Origin: Cenococcum geophilum
Taxonomy: Eukaryota
Assembly: GCA_050273025.1 (NCBI GenBank)
Contig: CP158636.1
Location: forward strand, 9,548,001 to 9,612,000
DNA: 64,000 nt
Direction of reading: 5' to 3'
Part shown: piece by piece, positions 1-12,999 of the stretch
How the letters are laid out: every line of letters begins with the position of its first letter
How positions within the stretch are numbered: position 1 is the stretch's first letter
Notes under the pieces: generated by a model
What the model saw: only the letters and a program-made list of their open reading frames with translations
Told to the model about the DNA's origin: nothing
Databases searched by the model: none
Program-made: the position numbers and the translations under genes

Positions 1-2240
1 ATAATAAAATGGAGTATAGATTAGTTATTAAGAACAGTAACGGTTTATATACCATTTACTTTACCGTACTTAGTAAAGTATTAGTTAGGTAAGTAGTCCT
101 TAATTTCTATATCTATAAGGAGCTGTTTAGTCTTATTAACCTTACCCTTAAGGTCTTTTACGCCTTTATATTAAACTAGGAAGCTTTAAAAGTAGGCTAT
201 AATAACCTTATAATTTCTAATATTTCTTATACTCTAACGGAACTTATTATATACCTCTTTTCGCTTATTAAGAGAGTGTCTAGTTAACTAGTAATTTGGC
301 TTCTTACAAATATAGCACTTTTTCTAGCAATTACTTCGAAATAAACCTCTATAAGGACCTCTATAATTACCTTATAGTTAACATTAATTATACCCTTTGC
401 CGTATTCCCTACCACGGCCGCTATATATTCAATCAGTCCAGTTATAATCATATTAGTTAGGAATACTTAGTTAGGTAAGGCTTTTAGTATAGAGCTATTA
501 AGATTCTTATATTTATATCGCAGTACCTATAGCGGAGCGTAGCTTAGTATATACTCCTTTAAATATATCTATAGGTTTATATAGCGCCAAGTTGTACTTA
601 GGAACGCTATAGCATACTAAAATAACCTAGTCCCTTAGGCTGTTCTTATTTTAGTAAGTTTTAGTAAGTCTATATTAGATTTTCTAGAGTTTATTAAAAA
701 GTAGTTAAAGGCACTCTAAATAAGTCTTTATTAGGTTAGAAGCAATAACTCTCTAGAATATAGTCTCTCGCCATTTAGATATATAAAGTTGGCGATTCTT
801 ATTAGTCTTAAAGTGGGCTCTAGTAAGCTAAAGCATTATATTAAAGCTATAGTTTTTACCTATAATATAGTTATAATAGAATATTACTGCCTATCCCTTT
901 AATATAATAGAGAAAGCGTAGTAGTACTAGTAGTATTAAATTCTAACCTTATTATAACAGTTATAAAAGACCTATAGTTTTACTCTAAGTATATTATATA
1001 ATTCTCCTTTAAACTTCTTTTCTTTGTCTAAATATACCTTTATTAGATTCATAACTTCTTATAGTAAAGGGTTACCGGTTAGCTAAAGTAGAGGAGCTAG
1101 AGGCGGCGGAGGTAGAGGACGAGTACCTCTAGGTAGGAGAGCACTTTTAGGTAGGAGAGTAGTGTTTTAGGGGTTTTGTTCTAAATTAAAGTTGCCTTCT
1201 AAAGAATATAGGTTAGTTTTAGGTTTCTATAGTTAATATATAATCTTAGCTTCCGTCTATACTAGTTCTTCTATACTAGTAATAACGGCCTAAATATTGC
1301 TAGTAATTGGGTTACTATTCTTAGTAACGTATACCCTGTTCCTATAGAGGAAGTCTTAAAAATCCCAAATAATATTAACATTACTAAGTGCCTAGGTGTT
1401 AGCGGTCTATTCTACAAAATCCTCCCTAAAATATTCCCATAGCTGTATATCGGCGTAGTGTCTACTTTAGTAGAATATAATATAGTGTAGAAGAAAGCTA
1501 TTAACTTGTTTTACGGTATAAGTTATTATATTAAAGGTAAATTTATCCTAATTTTTATTAATAAGTTTCGCGTATAAAGCTACCCCTAGTAGTAAGGAGT
1601 CTTCCTAGTCGTTTAAAGTAGGCGTAGCCATGTTTTTGGAGGGAGGGAAGTGTTATTAGCGTAGGGATTATTATTTGGTACGCGTTTATAATATATATTT
1701 ATTATTTAGTACGCGTTTATAACATATATTTATAATTATAGGGCTTAGGACTAGTTCTAGCCTTAAATCGCGAAGACTTATAAAGCGTGTTATTCTGCGT
1801 AATAAACGCAAGAATCCGTAATCTTAAAAAGGCTTAGGACTAGTTCTGGCCTTTAGATCCTTAGATTTGTGGAAGAGTTCTATTTAAGGTTTAGGACCAG
1901 TTCTAACCTTAAAAAACAGCTTCCTTTAGCATGAGTAGCACTGGTATAGTAGCTTATCTCTTCTTAGTGGAATACCTAGCTGCTCTATAGTATAACAGTG
2001 AAGTTAACTACTAATTAGTGTTGGTTATACAAGGGGGATATTACGTAGCTACGGTTTGTAGATAGTATGATAATTGTTCTATTCTGTTTTCTTTTTAAAG
2101 AAAGGGGTGAGGAACTTAAGGTTCCTTACCACGCTAGTGCCGCGGCGGCACGTGATAGTAACTTGCCGCACGTAACGGCAACTTGCCACACGTGACGGCA
2201 ATATGCCTCATATGGTGACCATTTGCCTTTATTCCTAACA
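1..2240 (-). mobile_element. Ty1/copia LTR retrotransposon, 5' part (LTR about 2020-2240, 5' UTR, gag), RIP-degraded; runs off the window start
   Basis: TGTTGG...AACA LTR preceded on + by the family motif gttaactactaattag. Bases 1-470 are closely similar to 44335-44780 of the complete copia. It interrupts another copia, whose reading frame resumes at 2241. Confidence 0.85.
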
Positions 2241-5200
2241 CTTACTACTTAACTAATATTAAATTAAGACGACTATATCATTGCTTTAGCTACCCTTTAG
2301 TTAAGCGTCTTATATAAATACTTAAACGCTTAGGGCACAATATTAATAGTAAGATTTTAGACCATCTTATACGTTACTACCACTATTATTAAAAATATAA
2401 AAAGTCACCTAGTAGATTTAGATTTACCTTATATAATAATATTAATTTTAACTACTTAATCGTGGTTAATATTATGTATATTAATAGCACACCTCTGCTA
2501 TATATTATTAATAAAGGAACATAATTTTAAGCCGGTAGATAGTTATAAAGCATTAGCGCTAAGCATATATGGGATATACTATAAATATACTAGATTAATA
2601 TATACCTAGGACCCCCTAATATTATTACATATAACGCAGGCAAGAACTTTATAAGTAAAGAATTTAAATAATACGCTATAATACTTAGAATAGTTATAAA
2701 AGGCGTACCTATCAAAGCCCACAATTTAGTTAAAATAGTAGAACGTTACTATGGCCCCCTCTATTATATATACCATATTATTATTACGGAACTACTAGAT
2801 ATTAATAAAGACATAGCTTTACAAATGGCTTTTAAAGCAATTAACAACTCTGTAGGCCCTAATGGTCTTATACCTACCTTATTAGTATTTAGAGCTTACC
2901 TATATATAGTAGAATTTAATGCACCCAATCCTACGGTTATAAAACGAGCAGTAGCTCTTAAAAAGGCTATGGAAGAAGTTAAGAAGCTTAGAGCTAAGCG
3001 CTAAGTGGTAGATGCCCTTAATATGCGTAACAGACCTAAGACAACCGCGATTTATAACCTACCACTTAACTTACCTATATTAGTATAAAGAGAAGAACCT
3101 ATAGGCTAACCCAGCTACTAGTCTAGTCTGTATAACCTGCTTAGTATTAAAAATAAAACCTATATTATATAACTTCCCTACAGACCTACCAACTTCCGTA
3201 GTATAGTTGTGAAACTATATATAATAGACCCCAAAATTATAGAAGATACGCAACTAGAAGATAATAATATTAAACTACCTTTACCTTAAACCGAGCCTAA
3301 ACCTTAACCTTAAACTAAGCCTAGACCTTAACCCTAAACTAAGCCTAGACCTTAACCCGTTAAATACAGAAGAGGTAGACTATATAAGTACCCTATTAAA
3401 GCAAATACTACAAATATCTTAATTTATCTACAGGATAAGGATAATAATTAACTTATAAATCCTAATTAGTTTATAGCATTATACTAGAAGGAGATTAAAG
3501 GATTGCTTAAGAAAGGAGTTTTTAAACTAGTTAACCCTAAGGATATACCATAAGGTAATAAAGTATTTAACTCTAGATTTATTAACGAGATTAAGAATCC
3601 CGGCACTAATAAAGCCTTTAAGAAGTTAAGACTAGTTATATAGGCCTATAACAACCTAGAGAAAGACCTTATACTAACCTAATTACCTATAATTTAACGA
3701 GTTAGCCAACGCCTTATTCTTTACATTATAGCTATAACTTAGAACAATAGTATATATCTCTACTTACGAGATATTTTATAGGCCTATATATAATTAACTA
3801 TAAAACTAAACTAAGACTTTTATATTAAAGCACCTCTTAAACTTAGTATAGTACTTAGAGTCTTACAAGGTATAATTTTAAAGGTTGTTAGACCTTTATA
3901 CGGCATTCCTAAGGTAGGCAATTATTAGTTTAAGACTTACTATAACCACTATATTAAAGAACTAAATATAAGCTAATCCACTTATAACCCCTGCCTACTT
4001 CACCTTAATAACCCTATAAGTTTTAGAATAGTTGGTTTATAGACTAATAACACCCTCCTACTAGCTAATTTAGTTTTTATAGCTTTAGAACAGAAGAAGA
4101 TTAAAAAAGCTAAGTTCCTAACTAAAAAATACAAGTAACTTATACCGGAATACCCAATTAAGTTTAACAGAGGCATTGTCTAATAATAGGATTATGTAAT
4201 TACGCTTATATAAGAGCGCTAATGCTAGAACTTAACCCTTGTTAATATTAAGAAAGCTACTATAATAACTAGTTCCAAAGGCACTATTTATATAGCACTT
4301 ATACCCAAGGACCGATATATTGCCCAACGAGTAAGAGAAGCTTATATTACGTCTATATGCCAGCCTAAAGCTTCTTTTAATTTATTCTATGCTGCCTAGG
4401 TGATTAACCCTAATAAGAAAGACGCAAAACTACTTAATAAGAGAATTTAGTAGCAAATTAAGAACTTAATAAGAGGCTTAAGCTTTGTTAAGCTTAATAT
4501 AAAGACACTTTAACTACTTATATTTACTAATTCCTTATTTACAAATAATAAAGACCTCTTATTATAGATTAGGTATATCCTAGTATTAGCAGACTTATTA
4601 AATAAGGCGAATATTATCCACTAGTCCTTAGTTAAGTGTAAGAAAATTACTAGAAGCATACTAGCCTCTAAATTATATGCTATGGCCCATGGTTTTAATA
4701 TCGGCGCTATAATTAAAGCTATAGTTAAATTGCAACTTAATATTAGCCTCCCGCTTATTCTTTGTACTAATTCTAAGTTAATTTATAAATGCCTTGTTAA
4801 ACTAGGAACTATATAAAAGAAGAGACTTATAATTAATATTATGTGCCTACGCCAGTTATATAAAAGACGCGAAATAGCGGAAGTTAAATAGATTAACGTG
4901 AGCAACGGGGTTATGGCGGTCTATGGGGTTATGACGGTGGCCTTACCGCCTAGTATTTTGCCTGCAAACAAGCATTTGGCAGAATTTTGGTGTTCAAAAC
5001 CGTCATAACCCCATGGACCGTCATAACCCCGTTGCTCACGTTAACAGAGACAGCAACCCTACGGACGCTATAACTAAAAGTAAACTATTATTAGCCCTTA
5101 AGCGACTTATTAACACAAACCGAATTAAGTTAAAGATAGTAGAATGGGTAAAACGCACTATATTAGCGACCTAGTTAATTAACATATAAATATAGCAAAG

Positions 5201-5596
5201 AGGGTATATACGATCTCTGTGTTACGTAACCGCAATTTACAGTAATCTACGGCAACCTATAGTAATCTGCCTGTACCTATAACACTACCTGGTACTATTA
5301 TAACCTATACTATAATAGTAAGGAAGGAAGGAAGGAGAAATGCGTATATAGATTTTTAAATTGCATAGTTATAGGATACCGGATCTTTACGTTTTCTAAA
5401 GTATTCCTAGTGTAGCTAGAAGTATTAGACATATCATGAGGGCGGCTAAGGCGCTAGTGGTAAGCGAGCTAATGGCGATTTTCTATGCCGGGTATGGAAA
5501 ATCGTAATTGGTTAATAGAGGTTATAGGAGAACACGCGATAAGCCTTACCTCTCGCGACGCGTAGATCTTAGAGAATGAATCATCCATCTATAACA
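2241..5596 (+). mobile_element. Ty1/copia retrotransposon, 3' part (integrase-RT-RNase H, probable 3' LTR about 5411-5596), RIP-degraded
   Basis: De-RIP motifs LRRLHRRFGHPS (~2263), VERYHGPL (~2737), KSRLVVQAYND (~3625), LYGIPEAGNHW (~3895), QTDDTL (~4040), KWIDGDSNPADAMTK (~4886-5080). Integrase precedes RT. Confidence 0.88.
4896..5041. mobile_element. 146-bp MITE, Tc1/mariner-pogo (Fot1-like) type
   Basis: TIRs of about 45 bp, ACGTGAGCAACGGGGTTATG.../...CATAACCCCGTTGCTCACGT, flanked by TA. Removing it plus one TA restores the copia RNase H frame. Confidence 0.9.
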
Positions 5597-5599
5597 CCG

Positions 5600-8386
5600 T
5601 ATAGTACATATCATTGTGATATATATATTCTGCACGTTGTAAAAGTCATACCAATAATAAGATTTAAGCGAATAATAATAGAAATTAATAGGCAGATTCT
5701 GGTGGAAATTAAAACTAAGTAACTAATTAAGATAATAACGTAGCAAGCTTATAAACCTTAAAGGACGATTTCCTACTTACCCTAGATAAGACGCTAGGAC
5801 CTTAATTAATTCTTATTAAAGGATCCTTAAGCTCCTTAGCTTACTTTACCTATTAACAACCGTATTATAAATACGTACCTATAGAGGATGACTTATAGGA
5901 TAACGGCGTAGCTGTTAAGGAAGATAATATTATAAAAGGTAAATAATTAAGGAGGCTACCTAAACGATATATGGCTTATTTAACTCACCTTAAAGAGGTA
6001 AATAGCTTTAAAACACTTTAGGCAGCCTTTTACGCAGGCCTAAAATATTATAGGAAAATCTATTATAATAAGCTACTACCTCCGCCTAAGAACTAGAAGG
6101 GGCTTATAAAACACTAGTATAGGGAAGAGTTTCTTACTACTGCTATAAAAGAATATACGGACCTAGACGGTTAAGGAATATTTAAGGTTATAGATAAGAC
6201 TCCGTTAATTAAAACAGTGCTTATAACCTAGATATTTACCTATAAAATAGACACTAACGGATATCTAATAAAGTTTAAAGCACAACTCTGTATAAGAGGC
6301 GATCTATAAGAATTAATCTATAAGGACACCTATACGGCGACTCTGGCAGTGTAAGAGTATATATATTAGGTCCCGCCGCGCTTGCGACAAGTTCGCAAGC
6401 ACTCTTAGTCTTTTTGGCCGTATAGCGACGTGGAGGCGGGCCACGTTACAATTGTGCTTGCGAACTTACCGGGGCTAGGTGTCGTGGGTTCGATCCCCAG
6501 CGGTTACTTCGCTCTGGTACAGTCTAACACACATCCGTGCGATAAGGCGGGTCGGCTAAGTCCAATCGCTTATGTTACTGGGGACTAACTAATATGGTGA
6601 TACTCTTGGCGTTTGATCCCTGTGGCCCGGAATGGGCGTATAGAGGAATCCCTGCGAGCGCTCGGGGACGAGCGCGCAGAGGAGAGGGCAATTATAAGAG
6701 TATATATATTAGGTCCCGCCGCGCTTGCGACAAGTTCGCAAGCACTCTCAGTCTTTTTAGCCGTATGGCGACGTGGAGGCGGGCCACGTTACAGGCAGCT
6801 AAGGTCTTTAGGGCTCTCGCAGCAGTTATTGCAGCATTTAATTTGGACGTTTGGTAGGGCAACGCTATTAACGCGTTTATAAACAGCTTAATTAACAAAA
6901 TAGTCTATATTAAGTATCCTAATAGATTTACTATTAAGGGTAAATATCTACTTCTATATAAAGCTCTCTACGGACTTTAATAATTGCTATATCTCTAATA
7001 TAATAACTTAAGTCAGAAACTAACTAAATTGGGGTTAAAGCCTATTAGCGAAGAGCTGTGTCTCTACTATAATAATTAGCTAATTATATTCTTCTATATA
7101 GATAATATCTATACTATAAGTATTAAGGGGAACTAGTTAGAGCTTCTAAGCTTTAAGAATGCGCTTATAAAGAGATATAAGATAAAGGACCTAGGTAAAC
7201 TATTCTGGTTCCTAAGAATTTAAGTCTTAAGAGATAGGAGTTAGAAGAAGCTATAGCTCTATTAAGACTCTTATATTAAAAAGATTGCTAATAACTTTTA
7301 TTTAACTAATATACGCTTAATTAGTATACCTATAAGCACTAACGAGCTCCTATTAAATCTAGAGGAAGCTTTAAAATAAGATATTTATATCTACTAGAGG
7401 ATAATCGGCTTACTCCTTTATATAACCTATATTACGAGACCTAATATAGCGAGAGCTTTAAGCAAGCTATTGGAGTTCCTATAAAATCCCTTACCCCTAT
7501 ATAACGCCGCAGCTCGTTAAGCAATCGCCTATCTATATTAGAAAAGAACCCTCGCGATTAAATACTTAGGATATAATATAGGGAGTTAAGTCTTTATAGG
7601 AGCAAGTGACGTAGCGTTTAGAGACAACTTAATAAGTAGACGTAATACGGAAGGATATCTATTTACCCTATTTAGGGGACTAATTAACTGGCGTTCTACT
7701 AAGCAGACGTTAGTAATAAAGTTAAGCACTAAGGTAGAGCTTATAGCTCTGTCGTATATAGGAACAGAATTAATCTAGTAGAGTTACTTTTTTAAAGAAA
7801 TCGGATTAACCTTAGATAACAGGCAAATAATTAACTGTAATAATCTATAGACGATTTAACTACTTATAAAGGACGGACTAGAGCTATCTATAAAGCTCTA
7901 ACACGTTAATATACACCACTATTAGTTATATTAAGAGGTACGTGACGATTAAATTAAGATTAATTAGACGCTTACTGCAGTAATAGTAGCAGACGGCTTA
8001 ATAAAAGCTCTGCCAAAGCAGAAGCACGAGACATTCGTTTATTAATTAAATTTGGTTAATATTAAGGATAGGATCTAAATTAACTAAGGCAAGTAAAAAG
8101 ATATAGGGTATTTTTAACTTAACACTATACTAAGACCCGTGATACAGCTTTGACCTATAAGGGCTTAAAGCTGGGGGGGTATGTCGATTCAGGTTGGATT
8201 TAGCCTATTACCCTATCCTTGTTCTTATTCCGGGTGTACTAATACCCCTATTTTAGTTATATACCCCCCCTCCCTTTCCTATTTCAGACACCTACCTTAT
8301 ATATAAATAGCTTCTTTTCTTCATAGTTGAATAGACAGAGTCCTCATTCTTTACTTACTCATCGGTGCACGGACTACCGATTGACA
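5600..8386 (+). mobile_element. Second copia family, RT-RNase H and 3' LTR (8182-8386), RIP-degraded
   Basis: De-RIP motifs KFKARLCVRGDLQ (~6270), KALYGLRQSP (~6960), YVDDI (~7096), VTKSSTEAEL (~7712), LRHVDIHHHW (~7896). G-rich PPT ggggggg-ta precedes TGTCGA...TTGACA. Confidence 0.88.
6350..6793 (+). mobile_element. TRIM (miniature non-autonomous LTR element), 444 bp
   Basis: 101-bp LTRs at 6350-6450 and 6693-6793, 5-bp TSD GGCAG (6345-6349/6794-6798), PPT gaggagagggc before the 3' LTR, no coding capacity. Confidence 0.95.
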
Positions 8387-8389
8387 CTT

Positions 8390-10510
8390 TCTTCCTGCCT
8401 CTAAGAAGGCCGATATCCTCCGCTTGCTCCTCCTTGGCTAGCGCCCTTAATCTATTGTTAAGGAGACTGGTGTTTGCAAGACGACTGTCTATACTGTAGA
8501 GGGCAATCTTATGAGATATGGAAGCGTTATAGCGCCCTCCTTTCGCAATAAAGCCTTTAGCTAATTAGATCCCCCCAGCAGCCCACCTAATATTACCTCT
8601 TATATTACCTCCTTACCCCATACCTATAGCTTCTCTTTCTTTATTAATTAAGTAAACGGCTTAATATTCTTTAACTATTATATGATAAACCTCTTAGGCT
8701 AGGTATATAGGTGGATATAATAATAAGATTTAACTATAGAGTAGGTACCTAACAATTTAACTTTAATTATATTTTAAGATTTACTACTAAGAGAGAACTA
8801 TCTAGGTAAAGACTATAGTCCTTTAAATATACAACCGTACTTTTAAGAAACCCCCTTTATATATAAGGTATATAAATTATATTTAATAGATCTTATAGAT
8901 TTTATAGAGCTTATAAAGCTTATTATATAACCTTGCTTACTACTTATTATATAGCTTTACTAATTCTATTATAGCCTATACTACGTCCTATAGCTTATCT
9001 AGTTTATTAAAAAGTATCCGTAATACTTCTATTATAAGGTCTGTAATATTTATTCTTTAGTTTAATAAGGATAGGATTAGTAAGCTAAATAATCCGTCTA
9101 CTCTTACCCTAAGTAATAGTAGTATAGCCTAAGGGACAGATTAAGAAATAGTAGCTGTACGGACCGGATAAAGTATATAGTAGAGTAGTAATAATATATA
9201 AACCTAATAAATGCTCGGCTATAGTTTAAAGGTAAGACTTAACTAAACCTAATATCTTAAAGCCCGTCTTTTAGCACTAAGTAATTGCCTTTTTAAGCCC
9301 TTTATATTATAGCTGCTAGTAATTATAAATAGGCCTTAATTAATAAAGTTAACGCGTTAAATATAGTTCTTATTATGGCAGACACTATCTAGTACCGCTA
9401 AGAGCTTTACCCCCTATAGCGGCGGCAAGGCCTTACCTTTTAACTACTATATATAAAGCTTAGTAATAGCGGAGACGTAGCTATTTATAACTAAGTATTA
9501 GACCATCTTATTAAATAGAGCGTCTAAGGCCTCCTTGTTCTATATCTCCTCTTTATCCTCCTTTATAGCTTCCTCCCCTATAGCTACTACTACTACTATA
9601 ACTACCTTTCCCCCTAGCTACCCTCCTATCTTCTGCTTCTTTTTTACCTACTTATTATCTTTCTATATCTCTTTCTATTTTAACTTACGTTTGTAAAAGC
9701 TAGCGGCCTATAATTCTTAGTTAATAACTTTCTACTTTTAAAATAAATAAAGCTTATCTTCTATTACCTAGCCGCTGTCCATATTACCTTTTAATTTTAT
9801 ATATTAGTCTTCCTACTCTTTCTACTTCAGTTTATACGCCCTTATAGTATTCTTTAGGCGCTAGGCCTTATAGATATCCTATAGCCGCGCCGTCTAGGCC
9901 TTAAATTCGCTCTAGAGACTATAGGAGAATGTAAGAGTATATATATTAGATCCCGTCGCGCTTGCGACAAGTTCGCAAGCACTCTGTGTCTTTTTGGCCG
10001 TATGGCGACGTGGAGGCGGGACACGTTATAGAGAAGGAGGCTAAGGGGGCTTCCTTTAACCATAAAGTAGACTGTAGGGTAAGAAGATTCTTAAAAGATA
10101 TCCGTAAAAGGTAAGAGGTAAGACGCGTAAGCGCGGCGTGGGTAAACAAAGCTACTAAACACGTAAATATTAAAGGAGAAGAAGAGGGCTCTATATTATA
10201 GAATTAGAATTATAGTAGGCCTTTCTATATATAATTAGGAGCCCTGCGCGAGTTAGAGGCTAGCGTGGGTATAAAAATAGAAGAGCGTTAGAAAATAGAC
10301 TAAAGCGACAATAAGGTCAAAGGCGCGCGACAAAGTCCTCTATACTAACCTAGTACTAACCTAGGCCTTAAAAACGCGTCCGAAAAGTAGGGGCTACCCC
10401 CTAGGTGGGGGGGGGGGGGGTAATATATATACGATATATCGAGGATATAGGGGGGACGGTGCGCAACCCGAGGTTATGCTAATCTTAACCTAGACCTCCG
10501 ATACCTCTTT
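8390..10510. repeat. Unclassified RIP-degraded repeat
   Basis: TpA-rich and stop-riddled like the neighbouring elements. No family motif or termini recognised. Confidence 0.5.
9930..10030 (+). mobile_element. Solo LTR of the TRIM family
   Basis: 101-bp copy of the 6350 LTR flanked by TSD GAGAA (9925-9929/10031-10035). Confidence 0.95.
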
Positions 10511-10795
10511 ATTCCGTAGCGCGGGCTAATCTTTCCATCCCATCTCCGCAGTTAAATAATCATGCCAATATATATATCTCAAGCCCCCTTTTGTTTCCTA
10601 CAAAGCTCTTACAACATCGCGCGTCGTCCGCGCGCCAGCCCATCCTACAACAAAGCCTTATCTGTAACCCAAAGAACGCCTCCATATAAATCGCACTGTC
10701 TTTCTTACCCAAAACGCCGAAGAATCAGAATCCAAGATCAAATATCAGGACCACCCACATCGCAGCCGCCCAAATCTTCCTGCAGACCAACCCTA

Positions 10796-12668
10796 CTAGT
10801 TTTCCCCGAAACCCATCCTCTCCACCCCCCTCCCTCTTCCTCTTAAAGCCTCCCTAGCCCCCACGCCAACTCCCACGAACAGCAACACCAAATTAAATCC
10901 GGCCATCATATAGAACGGTGACCCAGGCCCCACGCTGTCAAACAGCGCCCCGCCCGCCTTTGTCAGCAGCAGGATCCCCGCGCCACCGGCGAGGCTATAC
11001 GTGCCTGCTATCGAGCCCTTTAGATGGGTGCGCGAGCGCGATGATGGCGGCAGGTAGCGGATGTGTGAGGGTGTGTGCGCGGGGATCAGCGGCTCGGTTT
11101 CCTCGTGTTGGAGGACGGGTGGAGAGGGGAGAGGCGTCGCGCCGGCAGAGGAGACGTGGGGGGCGTTTAAGTCGCCATTGAGGTCGGAGTGGGCGATTGC
11201 TGCGTCGCTGTCTTCGCCATTGCCTTCGTCGTTCTGGATTCCGCGGCCGAGGAGCGCTAGCGAACATACGATGCAGCCGATTTGGCTGAGGCCGAGCAGC
11301 GCGACGATGGCGAAAATAGCGACGGAACCGTCACCGCTCTTTGGGTCGGGGCTGCGTAGTGCACCGAAGGCGGTGTAGCCTACTACACCCGCAAGGGCGG
11401 CGATCAGCAACGGGACGTTGAAGCGCTTGTAGCGGCCGGAGAGGTAACCGAAGAGCGGGGCGCTGAGGAGCGCGACGAGCTGGCTGGTGCCGGTGAGGGC
11501 AGCGGCAAGGAGATAGGCGCGCGGGCAGGCGTGCTTGATGTCAGATGGGTCGGTTGGGTCGGCGGGGGAGCAGAGCCCTGTGCGTAGGAAGTAGGCGTTG
11601 GTGAAAAGCGGGATGAAGAGGGATATGGCGACCGAGGAGGCGCGTGCGACGAACCCCCCAAGGTAACCTAGGCCAATGTTTTGGCTCTTGAAGCCTAGCA
11701 CTATGCTTGTTAAAAGGAGCCGCGGGTAAGATAAAACCGGGCGGTCTGAAGGAGTGGATTCGGATGGTTTGTTGGACTTGGTACTGAGCAGACGCTGAAA
11801 CCCTTTTTCTTCTTCCCCAGGCAATCCACGCAAGCCGAGCAAGCACACAAAAGATACTAGAATTGCGATGGCGCCGACGACGTAGAAAGAGTCCGCGATT
11901 GCGGTGGAGGGACTCGCTCCACCCTTTTGGAAGTGGGTTGGAAGTGGCAGAAATATGCCCAATGCCAATAATGCGCCTAGTCCTGTAAACGTTCCTACGA
12001 GACCAGCGAGTTGGGATGTTGAAGCACCCGTGTTCTGATTTCTACTGGGAGGGGTTGTGGGTGAGCGCGACATAAAGCTGGCCGGGGTTATGGTGAGCTC
12101 GGAGGATATGGAGGGTGTCATGGTGTGTGAGGTGTTGTTTGGGTGACGGCTGGGCGTGCGAGGATCTGCGAGGGAGTTGCTAAAGGTCATGGTTGGTAGA
12201 ATCGCTGTGACCATTGTCGCGCTATAATGTAGAGATGAATTAGCAGTTAGTCAAAAACAAGTAAGCCTTTAAGAGCTGGAATTGCGGAGTGGAAGTTACT
12301 CACGTCGCTGCAGCCCCAAAACTGAAGAATAATCTCGCCAGAAGCAATTGAGGATATACATTGCGCGCCTGCACGAATACCCAAAGACTCACTCCAACAA
12401 TGGCATATCCAAGTACCGCAACGGTTCTCACTCCAACCCTATCACTCAACACTCCCCATGACGGACATGCCACTAGGGCAATTAGCTCGTCGGCAAACCC
12501 AAGCGTACCAACTGCATCGCCAACATTGTCTTGTTGCCCAATTCGTTGGATGATGACGAAGCTAACGGAGCTGTTCAGGAAGACGAGGAATGAGATGCTG
12601 AAGAGCGCGATGCATAGGAGGTAAGTGGCGATCTGGAGCCGTGTGGCGGTGAAGCCGAGGAAAGCCAT
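10796..12668 (-). CDS. Major facilitator superfamily (MFS) transporter; exons 12668-12304 and 12221-10796
   Basis: Multiple hydrophobic segments and MFS motif A-like WGVLSDRVGVR and FGYLSGRYKR. An 82-bp GTGAGT...CTAAC...TAG intron (12303-12222) joins the two ORFs in frame. GC-balanced, not RIPped. Confidence 0.92.
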
Positions 12669-12999
12669 TATGCAGGAACTCAAAAAGAGTTACTCATTTG
12701 AGCTGGATTAGGATTAACGAGGGCGCATTAGAAGCAAGATGGGTGTTTGGAGGTGAGTGTTGGAAAGTGTGGTGGTAGTTAATTTGCGGTTCCAGCCCCG
12801 AAGTAGAACCTTTAATTAGTAATTAACGTATAAGCGATAAAGTAGTATATACTAGCGTCTATATATTGCTTGGCAGCATCTACCTCAGCAACGCACAATG
12901 CTAAGACCTCCTGTAATATTCGCGAATATCGAACGCAGTCACTACGTGGCTAATTCGCTTTCAATATCGCTAAACTTATTAATATTTATTATATATTTA

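Noticed and set aside
6425..6470. Resemblance of CGTGG...CCACGTTA to the pistol ribozyme P1
   Set aside because: No downstream pseudoknot partner or other conserved core; it is simply the LTR end.
6481..6505. tRNA gene
   Set aside because: Only a T-arm-like segment; no convincing D arm, anticodon arm or acceptor stem.
10562..11846. Short ORFs overlapping the MFS gene
   Set aside because: Alternative-frame or antisense shadows of a GC-rich coding region.
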